NCBI GenBank assembly: GCA_030704615.1 | Contig: CM060731.1 | Coordinates: 78,120,001-78,184,000 of the forward strand | DNA length: 64,000 bases | Origin: Takakia lepidozioides | Taxonomy: Eukaryota; Plantae; Bryophyta | Direction of reading: 5' to 3' | Part shown: positions 26,646 through 38,870 of the stretch, in pieces | Position numbering within the stretch: position 1 is the stretch's first letter | Layout of the letters: every line of letters begins with the position of its first letter | Made by a program: the position numbers and the translations under genes | The notes under the pieces: generated by a model | What the model was told of the DNA's origin: nothing | Seen by the model: only the letters and a program-made list of their open reading frames with translations | Databases searched by the model: none

Positions 26646-27499
26646 TACAAAATTGCAACAATTTGGAGCAAATAGTGGCATGTCAGTTCACCATGTGGGG
26701 TCACGTCCCGACGTGTGGGATTGTGAGAGACAAGGGAGATGATGACAATGAGTTGAGGAGGACGACGCAACCTGCACCTGAGTGTACTAAGTTACCATCC
26801 CAGCGTGAACTAGTCCAAAACAATGGGACCAAAGGGCAGACCTGAATGATTGATGACCTCAACCTAACGGGAAAAATGCGTGAGAACCCGGCGGGAAGCG
26901 CGCGAAAACATCATCCGTGGAACCCATTTTGCCACAGTGGCCGTTCAAATTGACCACAGACATTTTAAATATCTCTGCCCCCCTTGAGCGGCTATATAGC
27001 ACAAATTGGAGCTAGTGTTTAGGGCCTCGGGCCTTGGGATAGCCTTTCTTTAGCCTCATTTTTTCTCTAATGAAATATTCTTGCCGATGTATCTGTCGAT
27101 TCCAATCCAAGCATGCATAAAAACCTAAATCTATGAATTGATGAAGCACAAATATAACCACGGTCTTGGAAGCTTGCAATTGATATGTCCAAATCACCTA
27201 CTTTTTTTCAAGCCTTCCATTATTGTCATCTCATTGTTGTTGTTTGCAATCACCTTCTACATCAGCTTTGCAATCCCCATCTTCACCTGCACAGAGCATG
27301 CTCAATGTCTTAGACATGGTCACCGTGGCCCAGCGGATGTCCGAACCTAAAGAAAAACAAAAATTAAAATCAGTATAGCCACTGTCGCTCGCCCAAAGGT
27401 CGCCTCTCGTCCAGCGGATGCCCGACAGTCAATTTTCAAAAAACAAAAACAAAATAAAAAACGTCATGTGTGCAGTACACGTAGGCGGTCACCTTGATA

Positions 27500-28130
27500 A
27501 TGGATAAAATCCGATTGCGTTCATAATTAACAACTGGGATTCCAAGGATCTCATTAGAAAAAATATCACCACATTCCTTCAAGTTCAGGTTAAGTCTATG
27601 ATGTGATTCTTTCACACTTTCTGTTTCTGAAAATTCATACACGATAACATCAAATTAAAACTGCGCGTTGTTCTTACTAATACATCTTTTCATCTGTAGG
27701 GCTAGCTGATAAAAACTAGGACATTATGAAGGGCCATGGTATCTTTCAGATTGAATGTTCTTTCGGTTGGTAAAGTCTCATTGACCATGCCAAGGTTACA
27801 AATTACCATCGGAATCACTGGATCGAACCATTGCATGTCGAGGATCTGTAATCATACCGAGCTCCATCGCAGACCTAAAAATTAGCTGTCATGTGCACGC
27901 ATTGCAAGATCATAGCTATATCTGACAAGTGATTGTGTGTAGACTCCACACCACCATTGATTAACAGAATGTGAGAATGAGCCTTGCACGTCCTCTTGAA
28001 CTAATTTCAGGTTATCAGCAAAATGCTAGGACAATAGATTGTGGGTGTTGCCAGTGTCTATTAGCACATGGATGACCGATCCAGCCATATTGTCATAAAC
28101 TTGAATAAGACTATGATTATATGTCACATG
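27500..28130 (-). mobile_element. Degenerate Ty3/gypsy aspartic protease fragment
   Basis: The minus strand near 28040-28090 reads SVIHVLIDTGNTHNLLS* (retropepsin DTG motif), followed by an ILDMQWF-like segment and DIFSNEILGIP. Many stops. Confidence 0.55.
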
Positions 28131-28649
28131 CTCTTCAACAAAAGCTGCTAAAACTCGGATATGTGTTGGGTGGAAGCAAACTAGGATGGATCAGTAATAA
28201 CCATATCATAAGTTTCTAAAGAGAAAAGGAACACCACGCAAAGTTCTCATTTGTTTTTGTTGCGCCACTATATGCGAGTGTCCTGAAGTTATGAGATCCA
28301 GTTTCTATTTGTCGTAGAGTCTTTGCTGAAGAGTATGGTCAATTGCGCTGAAGGGCTCAGTCCAAAACGCATTCAAATCCATAGAGATATTGCATTGGAA
28401 GATATCACCAAGCTATTTGGTCATGTCATCAACAAAAATTGTCAGAGATATATATATATCACGATGACCTACCCTGATACGAAAAATAGAAACACTCTGG
28501 ATGATTGTGCATCAGAAGTCATATGTCCCTACATCACAACTTATCTCATTAGGCATGGCGAAAGGTGTTGCATGTGAGGAGAAGAAAAAAAAATGAATTG
28601 GGCGTTGTATGCAGAGTGGACAAATGTGGAGCAGAGGCATTTTATTATG

Positions 28650-29795
28650 TTTGGGTGTAGGCTACCTCTCGACAATGGCGACGGCCAGACGACAATTGAG
28701 AGACGGTGGCTATGCGGTTTTTTTGTTTTGTGTTTTTTGTTTTGCGCGACTAACGGGCGACAGCAAAACGATATCTGGGTCCGGATTCAGGCGACCTCTG
28801 GACGACGGTGGCTATGCGGATTTTTTATTTTATTTTATTTTATTTTTGGGTTCGAGCGACCACTGGGTGACGACGATGGCCGAATGAGTGTCCTGCGACG
28901 GGTGACTGCATGCCGATCTCTGGACGACAATTGCTATGCAGGGATTTTTTTAATCTTTCTTTTATTTGGGTTCAGACCATCGTTGGACAACGGCGACGGT
29001 TGAACACAGTTGGGTGGCGGTGGCTATGCAATTTATTATTTTGATTCGCGCGACTGCTGGGCGATGCCAATGGCTAGGGTAATTCCGATGACCGTTCGGC
29101 GACGGATGCCCTCTAAATGACTGTGGCTATGCAGATTTTTTTTTCCTTCAAATTTAATCTTAAATGTTCGGACGACCGCAGGGCGACGGCGACCGTCGAA
29201 CGACTGCAGGGCAATCTCCGAGCGACGGTGGCTATGCGGGTTTTCTTTGGGTTTGGACGACCGTTGGGCGACGGCGACAGCGACGGCAGGACCACAATTA
29301 GAGGTATTGTGCATTTCTTTTTGTATTTGTTTTTGTTTTTCCGGGTTCGGACGACGGTGGCAAGAAGTTTTTTTTTTTTTTTTTTTTAATTGTTTAATTT
29401 TTCGTTTCAAGTGATCGCCGGGCGACAGTGGCTATTCGATTTTTTTTTTTTCTTGGGTTAGGCAACGGTTGGACAACAGCAAGTCAACAGTGGTTCACGG
29501 TGTTTTTATTATTTTATTATTATTTTTGGATTTGGCCAATCGCTCGTCGACAACAACCTTCGGACGATGGTGACTATGCGATATTTTTTATTATTATTAT
29601 TTTTGGATTCGAGCGATTGCTAGGTGATGGCGACTGTCCGGTGACAGACAACAGTAGGGCGACCACTAGACGACAGTGGTTATGCGGGGAATTTACGATG
29701 GCTCCGATGGCTAGTCGAGTTTTTTTTTTTTTTTTTTTTTTTTCCCGTTGGTGTTTAGTTTTTTTTAACTAGTTCGGGCGACGGTTGGGCGACAT
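28650..29795 (+). repeat. Degenerate tandem array of GC-rich units (ttcgggcgacc.ctgg(g/a)cgacggtggctatgcg) separated by poly-T tracts
   Basis: Recurrent gacgacggtggctatgc / ggttcg motifs with T-runs. Related units occur inverted at ~27320-27430 and in the same orientation at ~39350-39480. Confidence 0.75.
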
Positions 29796-30467
29796 CAGAC
29801 CTTCTTAATTGAGAATCAAATACAAACACAAATCAAAGGACAATCAAGGACTGACCTTCTTTTGAAAGTCAGATCTGGACACACGACCTTATTTCAACGA
29901 CGCAATGCCGTGAGCCTTGCGCGTGAGCATACGCTCACGCAGGAGTGATGTGGCATGAGCGTGATGTCATCAAGCTGATATGGCGACAAATACTGACGTG
30001 GCATTGCGTCGTCATCTGCCACGTCAGCATGAACATGCGGCGCCTACACTGAGGATGGTCCTATGACCGTGGGAATAATGCTGGGAATCCTTGGTTGAAT
30101 ACAATCAAGACTACCATCAGGCCTACAACTGTAGCATCCTACATTGTGCAATTATAATTGTTTGTTTCACTTTTACAATTACAATGACGAGAAAATATCC
30201 TCACAAAGTGTGCGCCATGGAGGCTGGCACGGGAAGACCTTGCTATAATGGAGGGATAAGGGATGTCATATCATTGCACCGCCGACGATGTTGCAAATGA
30301 ATTGATTTGAATTGAATTTCCATGACAACGTTGTAAATTGCACATTTCATAGCATGGTCGTCCACATACCACATTGCATACTCACAGTCCATAAGAAACA
30401 CATTTCAGATTGCAGAATCCAGATTGCACATTCACCACATTCTAGATAGACGAAGTAATAGTTGATG

Positions 30468-33400
30468 CTACCTATGTGTTGTATCCCGCTGCAATACAGT
30501 ATCGACCTCGTTGAAACTCAGAGTGACTTGGTGAACGAAGTTGTCACGTTTGGGATCGCAAACCATCCTCTTCAAAAATATGAAATACAAATGTTTGCAG
30601 GGTATGAATTTTCCTCTCTTGCCCAAACTGGTTGATAGCATATTCACAAAATCAGGACATGTGCAATTGGGGAAATTGGAAACCGTGATGTCGTAGGCCC
30701 TGTCATGAACAGCAGATGTCGAAGTGATCATTGTGTACACCCGACCATATCCTAGATCGGGCACTTCCGTGGTGCTTGCAACACGAGCTTGGAGCATTCT
30801 TGCGGACTTCACTTTGCCGAATTGTTCAGCGGTTGGAGGGAAATGCCGAACCAGCTTTCCATCTCGTTTGATTGGCCACAAGTGAGGATTTGCCGGAGAG
30901 ACCCGAGAGGACGCAGAACTAGAAGCACGTGCATGCAGTTGGGGTTGTCTCGCAAGGGAAAAGTCTGCCTCCTCCAGCATTGCAATTTCCTGACTTGTGA
31001 GATGTGTTCCCACCTTGACGGGCCAAACGGTTCGAGAAGCTGGCTTCATCACCACGGAAGGTCGCACAGTTCCATGCACACATCTACCACAATCGTCTGC
31101 GCAGAACCAGAACTTGTGGTTCTTGGCTTTTGGTTGGCCGTATGGACGCACCGTGAAAGTCGGAGCAGGAGTCCGGGCACCGCCTCTAGATATAGATGAA
31201 ATGTACTTTTCGAAAGTAGTTGCCCTGATCGCTGTACATTTCACACGAGACCCTGTACTTGTGCGTTCTATGTGCCAAACGTGGTCGGGGCATGCGGACT
31301 CCAACACATCAAGGGGGTAGTTTCTCTCCTGCACCATTTCAGTGGTACTGTTTGATGCTGGAGCCTGCCGTCGTGGCGGAGGTTCTTCCATAATGGAGGT
31401 TCCGGACATGGATCTGTCATGTAGGGGAACACGAGGCTTCAAAAAGTTATCACGGTCTGCCCTGTACAAATCGGAATCCGAACCAGATGGGGTGTTCAAT
31501 TTCCTCTTACAGGAGCCGAATCTCTCATCTCCTTCAAGATGTGGAACTCTAGAAACAAGTGGCGTTCCCTGGGCATACATGCTCACCGCCCGTGCTATCT
31601 TGCTTGGATCCCCAGATCTGCTTGCAACACGCAACATCAACTCCAGTTTGTCCGGACCCTTGCCACCAACCCCACCTCGCAAGAAATCACGATATCTGGT
31701 TTGTTGTTGCAAGGCACATATCTGATCATCTGTTGTTGCCACATACAAATCCCAACCTCGTTTCCCAGACTGTTGCAACCATGCGTTGTGCACAGTCTCT
31801 ACCAAATTGCAAGATGACATGTCCGTCATTTCCTCAATAGACATGTTCTGCAAAGTGGAAAACCGCACTTCAGAACAGTGCACAGGGAACAACATAAAGA
31901 AAACAAGGAGAGCAAAATTTGGAAAGTAAAGGTATGAATAAAGCAAACAATAAAAGCCTTGCACCATTGTCATGGCTGCTCCCCACTGTCTGTACTGGAA
32001 GTGCCAAAACGCCAGCCAATCTTCCAGTGCTCTCATACTCTCAAGCGATGCAGCTTCAGAAGAGAACCACCAGGCACGAATTGTCTGGAACAAAGTGTCG
32101 GCCTCCTTCATTGTTCTAGCATCTTTGTACTCTTTGCACAATTTACGGTGTTGTGTCTGCATCTCTGGTTTGATGTCCGACTTTGTATGTTTCTCCAGAG
32201 ATTGTGTCCAATGGAATAGACATGTACGCTCTCTTCCCGGTATTGGCACTTTGGGTCGCCTGATCCGAAGACAATTCGAACAGCATTGAAATTCGCCTGA
32301 GCACTATCTGCCATGAAACCAGCGAGATTTGGAGATGGCACCCCATGGCAGCCCATAACACGTATCAGGGAATTCCACATGAGCTTTTGGGATTCTTTAT
32401 CCTCGGATTGCATGTCACAAACTGCAATTGTCATAACTGGTTGGTACACTGGATCGTACACATGACAAGTCATTGTCGTCCAATCTTTCACTCATTTCAC
32501 ATGATCAAACATAAGAAAACAATTCTGCAAGTCCCCAGTCTTCTACATCCGCTTCACGAGGCTAACACCACTGCCCACCCCAGCAGTCGACATTTTGAAA
32601 AGAAATACTTTGATGACACCTTGACCTGGAAAAACATTATCCTGGATGTAGTTGTACTTGCTCCGTCGTTTCAATTCCAAAATGTTGTCTATGTAGCCTC
32701 TGATCCCAGAGCCCATTCACAATGCATTGATCTGATGCCGAATGTTAGGTGAACTCAAAGTGGAGAAATGATCCATGACAATGTCCAATGCTGGACCATC
32801 AAGTGTAGTCCCTACAGAATCCCCTTCACTCAAAATATGGCTTTCCAAGAAGGACTTGCTTGCGCCAAGAGCAATTGCAAATGTTGTTGCGGATGGGTTT
32901 CTCTCGTACTCTTGTTTGATCAACCTCGAAACTGTCTCAACACTCTCCCTGTAATCCCTCTTCGAGACAGGATGGTTATGGAAACCGAAATGCACACAAG
33001 CTCTTGTCATTGTTTTCAAACGGTGGACAACATAGTACATTCTTGCTCCACACAGCGCCAGGCACGATGGTACAATTTTGCAGAATTTGCAAATGAAAGT
33101 GTTTGCCGGTGGAGGAGCAGCCCCAGGCTTAAATGGATTTTCCACGAGACCCTCCCACTCGCTTTGATTATGAACCCCAGACTGAAGAAAGTGTCTGCAA
33201 TTCAAATTGTCACACCTAAGGTGTCAATTACAAACTGTTCTCCTGAAAACAAACTTGTCTTCATTTTGAATATTGGATTTTTTTGTTCTACACCATGGGT
33301 GTCCGTCGTGTTTCTTGTCCATTCCGTGCATCATGCTTGATATACCTCCAACTCGCGAAGGAGGAGGCAGCTCGAATAGGATATCCCCATCAAAAGTCTC

Positions 33401-34120
33401 TGGCAGGAACTTCACTGGCACCTGCTTCAAAGATTCCCAATCAATTCCCCGCAACTCACTTTTGAAACCTGCCATTCCTCCCATCGCCCGTAGTTTTGGA
33501 ATGACACTACAAATCTCTTCTTCATCCGCTTCCAAAACTACAGTAGAATGGACTGGAGTTGGAATTTCACTTATGTCATCATCGGACGAATCCGAAAGCT
33601 CAACAATTGGAGTGGAGGACATCTGTTCTTTTTTCACCACCACCTCCATTTTGTCTTCAACGACTGAAGCAGCAGTCTCGAGCGTCACATATGGTCCAAG
33701 GGACTTTCGCCGAGGCTCTCCAAGTACTCTGTATCTACCAGGGCGCACTCTCCACTGGCTGACATGAGCCGTCTCATCACGGTTTTTGGAAAGAGTATTT
33801 CAACAACTCCCCGTCCAAATCGTACACCTCTTTCTCCAAGAAGATGGAGCCATTCTGAAGCTCAAACCGGGTAGCCACGACATGTTCCAGAACAATTGCG
33901 AATCCATTGTCAAGGGCTTCGTTGGAGAAAGGCACTGGTTTGTCGTCAGAAAAGAACTTTGCTTCGGAGGAAGCCATGTTACGTCCTCGAACGGGGGGTT
34001 CTCTTTCCTGAGCTGCTCCTTTGCGAAATCAGATGATTCAGCTTTGCACCACACTGGGTGCATATGAAATGAGGCGGAAGCACCCGTTCCGTGAAGATTG
34101 TGCATATTCTGATATTCCAT
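30468..34120 (-). mobile_element. Mutator-like (MULE) transposase pseudogene: GCM-type N-terminal Zn domain, DDE core, extra Cys-rich domain, C-terminal SWIM finger
   Basis: CN*HLRCDNLNC...CKFC...C...VHFGFHNHP (GCM-like); MFDHV and FMADSA (two Asp), CLFH (CxxH), CNLVETVHN (Glu); CTCPDF...CKHLYF (SWIM). Several in-frame stops, frameshifts near 32245 and 33980, and an in-frame intron at 31964-31848. Confidence 0.8.
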
Positions 34121-34847
34121 ATAATCACCTGTGATGTTATGCGGGATGGTTCCTGACAATCCGCCGTCAAATTAACGTATTTGACCTGCAGTCTACATTG
34201 TCTTCTGAGCAATGCCGACAGATGATCCATCAATTTCTGGGGGTCGCCCCAAAACAAAAAAAACCCGCCGACTTCCTTGAAGACAGCCAGAGGATCCGAT
34301 ATAGGGATGATGGCAAGATAATTGAAGTATTTAGATCATTTGTCCGGCCATGACTACATTCGCTATGTTTGATCATGTTGATGCTTTCAAGATTATGCAT
34401 GAAATGGCCCAGAACTCTCCACGTACGCATATTCCGTGAAATCCTAGGTAGGCCGCATACTAACTACTTTGAGAATCCTCATCCATGACGATGTACCGTG
34501 ATATTAATGAAGCCGTCACAAAAAAGACACTTGTCCATTTTATGTTTGCACACGCCAACAACCCAAAATTGCAGCCGCGTAAAGGAACAGCTGTCCCAAT
34601 TAGGTTACGCCATTTCCACTGAAAACGTACATTCACATATCGGACACGCAAGAGGGAATCTGACGGTTCCAGGGACACTCCCAAAACAACGGAACTGCGC
34701 AAGAAAGTGAGTCTGTTCATCTTTCTTGTTTCCACACGCAGAGGAAGAGAGGCAGTCAAGTTGGAGAGGGTTCCTTGTTCGGTTCGGAAGATAAGGAAGT
34801 CATTGTATTTTACATCGCTTAGAGAGAGGCTGAGATCAAGAGAGCAA

Positions 34848-36841
34848 ATGACGAGGCGTCGCATGCAAGATGGTGCAGGGCTTAGGCAGCATGTGAACTT
34901 GGAGATAGGTCAAGCAGAAGAGCATGTGGGAAGTGAGAGTGAGGTCGCCGCAGTCGTAGCGATGGCTGGAGCAGTGAGCGTAGGTAGCCAGACAGTGCCA
35001 GCCGAGTTCATGCCCGAAGACAAGAGAACAGGGGGAGGAGCAGAGGACGCCATACAGAGAGGAAGTCTGCAAACCCTACATCAGACAGAAATGGTGATAT
35101 CCACATACTACTGTTTTCATTAGTCTTGATGTTTTCCCTTCCATGTGGGATTCAATAACATGGTTTATCTTGTGTTCAGACCGATGAAAAAGGGAAGAGG
35201 AAAGCAGAAGAGGGCGATCCGAGCGATGCAGCCACGAAGCCGAAGAAGGCAAAGGGATCCATAAGTTGTCTCACGCGCACTTCTTCCTCTTTACTGATGG
35301 TCCCCAGATGTGAGAAAAGCGACGATCGGTGGCGATCATCGCTTTACAGATAATGTAGTTGATGTTGTAGTTCAGCAGATTCAGGAAGGTAGGCAGGCAG
35401 GAAAGTATACGTTTCACGGCGAAAGTGATGATCGGTGCCGACCATCATCACCTTCGCCATTGCTTTATTTAAGCATAGACTGCCAATTTCATGGTGATGC
35501 AAGAGTGCCAGGGAACTTAAGTCGCATCTTGCAATGACGTAGAAGCTATGATCGGTAGCGATCATTGCTTTAAGGTCCATTCCCTTCTTGTTCAGACCAG
35601 TTTGGAAATGGCGTCGTCGTTCAGGAAAGTGATGATGGGTGCCGACCATCACTTTCAGACCTCATGGTTTGTTCATCCCATGACAGTTACATTGTGATGG
35701 TCGGTACCGATCATCACTTTCTGTAATGACTGGATGTTACCCCAAAATCCAAAATCGCAATGCAACCCTTTGTAGAATGAAATGCTTTAGGTTGAAAAAT
35801 GTCCATCCCACTTCTTCAGATCTGGAATTGCAGTAACAGAAAAGCGATGATCGGTGGCGATCGCCACCGATCATCGCTTCCAAGTCCATTTCTTTGCTCT
35901 AAATCTCATACAATGAAATGCGGAATTCTGTTGGAAAGTGATGATTGGTGCCGACCATCACATTCAAACCTCATGGGTTGTGCTTTCCAAGGCAGTCTGA
36001 TTGTGATGATCGGTACCGATCATCACTTTTTGAACTGATTGGGCACTACACCAGAATCCAAAAGAGGAGACCAACCCTTTGCATACTGTAAAGTTTTAGG
36101 ATGTAAGAGGTCCAAATAATTCATAGGAGAAATCGTAGTGACACAAAAGCGATGATCTGTGGCTGTCATCGCTTCCAAGTCCATTCCTTCGCTAAAAAGC
36201 TCAGTGAGTGAAAGAAGGGATTCTGCAAAAGAGTGATGGTCGGTGCTGACCATCACATTCAGACCTCTTGGGTGTGTGCAGCCCAGTGTTGTCTTGTTGT
36301 GATGATCGGTACCGATCATCGCTTGCATCATCCTTATGGTCGGCACCGATCATCGCAGTCTAGTGAGAACTGACTGAACGTGCATTGGGAAACCAACTAA
36401 ATTTTCCATTCATTTGTTAGAAGACAAAATGATGGTTGGTACCGATCATCACTATTTAAAAATGTTTGTTTCCAGAACACCAGTTGAATGTTGCTCTTGT
36501 GGGTTTTGGGTATGCAGAAAAATGTAAAGTCTAAGCAGGGAGAAACAGAAGCAAAGGGCTCTGGAGAAGGGGACGACTCCACAAAGAGTTATGAGAACAG
36601 CGAAGACACAGACGAGCCTGAATTGCACTACCTTGACAAGGTGAAAGAACTTATGTCATATCAAAAGGTAAATTCCCAGGAGGTTATTAGGGACATGATC
36701 GTCTCTGGAGGACGTCTTGAAATCCCTCTCTGCCGGATGATCTCCATGCTCGTTGTTCGTCCTCCACTTTCGCATGACATTACCAAGTTGGAAACAGATT
36801 TCGTGCACGGGTACAGAATGGGTGCACAAGTTTTCTACTAA
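34848..36841 (+). pseudogene. Transposon accessory gene divergent from the transposase; exons 34848-35093, 35180-35260, 36518-36841; last exon starts a putative ParB-like domain and is truncated
   Basis: Phase-0 splicing joins an acidic N-terminus, an NLS-like exon (KGKRKAEE...KPKKAK) and ...RLEIPLCRMISMLVVRPPLSHDITKLETDFVHGYRMGAQVFY*. The intron 2 donor reads ataagt instead of gtaagt. Sequence switches abruptly to GA-rich DNA after 36841. Confidence 0.55.
35316..36452. repeat. Array of 13 palindromes (consensus GTGATGATCGGTACCGATCATCAC) with diverged spacers and ~300-bp higher-order period
   Basis: Cores start at 35319, 35425, 35545, 35629, 35694, 35844, 35938, 36003, 36149, 36233, 36299, 36333 and 36429. 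A perfect 24-mer lies at 36003-36026 and a perfect 38-bp palindrome at 35842-35879. Confidence 0.92.
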
Positions 36842-38497
36842 GGGCGAGAAGGAGAGTGAGAGCTAAGAGGGAGAATGAGAGAGAGAGAAGGAGAGGGAGG
36901 GCAGCTCCCTCACGCGGCAGCTCCTTCATGCTGGCGGTCCCTCCCGCGGCGTTGGCGTTCGGTTGGCGCTCCACCAGCAGGTCACGGGGGCGCGCTCCCA
37001 ACTCGCTCAAACAGCAAAAAAAAACAAAATGACATAGAAGAGGGAGAGAGAGAGTGAGGGAGAGGGATTAGGGCAAGAGGGAGAGTGAGAGAGAGGGCGC
37101 GCGCGGGTTTGAACGTCGTGGCGTGTCAGTGTTGCATCACCGCCGCCGGAAAACGCTCCGGCGCGCGGGGGTAGTTGCGCCCGGGAGAGCTCGAGAGCAA
37201 AAAAAACAAAGTAGGGATGGAAGGAGGGGAGGGAGGAAGAGTGAGAGGAGGAGGGTGAGGGAAAGAGATATCAGATAGAGAGATTGAGAGGGGGAGTGAG
37301 AGGCGGTCAGTGCAGCCGCGGCGCGTCAGTGTGACGACCCCACCGGAAAACCTCGGCGGCGATCAGGCGCCTTCGCGAAGGGGAGAGAGAAGGGGAGATA
37401 AGGGCGGCCACCTTGGCAGGAGGAGGATCCGCTGCGACGTTGGGGAATCGCACGAGCGTTGCTGCCTCAGGGGGACGTCGCACGGCAGTCGCAGATCTGG
37501 CGTAGAGGTGAGTTGAAGAGGCCTTTCATTTTTATTTTTATTTTTTTGGTTTTTGGGTTATGGGGTTTTGCAAGGATCATTTGGGTTTTTGGGTCTTTGG
37601 CTCTCAGGGTTTTAAGGGTTACATAGTTTAGTTTAGGGTTAGTTTAGGATTAGCTGCAATATAGTTTTGTTTTTAGGGTTTTGTTTTTTTGTGGGGTGGG
37701 GACATATGGCTTTACGTTTGTAGGGTTTTTTTTTTCAAGTTTTTCCAAGGGTTGGGAGTGTAACTCCTCCGGAGGTTACAGTGGGTCACAATATGGTATT
37801 CTACCTCTCTCTCGTGCTAGGTCATGCCGCGTGTTTATCGACGTGTCATGCTTGAGGATTCGTTGCCCACTGTGCCACAACCACCTGCTGAGGGCGAGAC
37901 AACACATTCGCCTCGTCTATAAGTTAGGTGGCATTGCCATGTCCGCACAACTTTGCCCCCACGGCCACCACCCCGAGGTCGTAGGCCGCCTAGTCCAGAG
38001 GCACGAGCCCCGGGGAGACCCCGCCGCGACCGCCTCCCCAAGATTGAGTGTTGGTGCAGTTGGTGTTGGGCACGACTACCGGTTGGGAGGACCACACCGA
38101 TGATGCGGCGACCCCATGTTGTGCAAAAACATTACGCCAAGTACGAGATTGCTGATGCAGCAAAGGTAAGTCGTCCATATATCTTCTCACGTACTCCTCA
38201 ATTAAAAGTATTATATCTAATGAAACCTCGCGTTTGTGAATTGAGTATTGATGCATTTCATATCATGCATCTTGCAGCCCCGTCTTGATGTCCAAGCTCG
38301 CATTTTTTTGCTGAGAGGCATACCGATGCGAGTTTCTTTTTTCTTACGAGCCCCACCCCGTTCCGGATGTGAACATTCTTTTCTCACAACATGACGTAGA
38401 TGCAGTTTGTGAGGTAGCGGGGTACGATGCGTGTTTTTTTTATTTTTGGGCACCGGGCTAGGCGTTTGTCACCTACGCACACACATTCGTCATCCTT

Positions 38498-38870
38498 GAC
38501 ATCGGCACCCCCATCGTCACCATCATCCGCATCGTCCGTTCCTCCTATTGTAGATGGTCTTTCCTCATCACCATTGTCATCCGAGGTCCCTCATACCGAC
38601 CGGCTACGTGTCCCTTCCCCTCCATTGCCGAGACCACAACCGCCGAGACCCGAGTCCGAGTTCGACATCCTCGACATCGGCACCCCCATCATCACCATCA
38701 TCCGCATCGTCCGTTCCTCCTATTGTACATGTTCTTTCCTCATCACCATCGCCATCCCGGCCATTTCGGCCAGTACTACCTCCACGCGAGATCCCTCATA
38801 CCAACCTACGTGTCCCTTCCCCTCCATTGCCGAGACCACAGCCGTGACCGAGTCCGTATTCGGGTCCTTC
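38498..38870. repeat. Tandem duplication of a ~175-bp GC-rich unit
   Basis: gacatcggcacccccatc(g/a)tcaccatcatccgcatcgtccgttcctcctattgta...ctacgtgtcccttcccctccattgccgagaccaca occurs at 38498 and 38673. Confidence 0.85.

Noticed and set aside
28593-29772. Phe-rich ORFs as membrane proteins
   Set aside because: They are translations of poly-T tracts in a degenerate repeat array.
35316-36452. True CRISPR array
   Set aside because: Eukaryotic intron, no cas genes, irregular spacer lengths (about 10-125 bp), and spacers related to each other with a ~300-bp period rather than unique.
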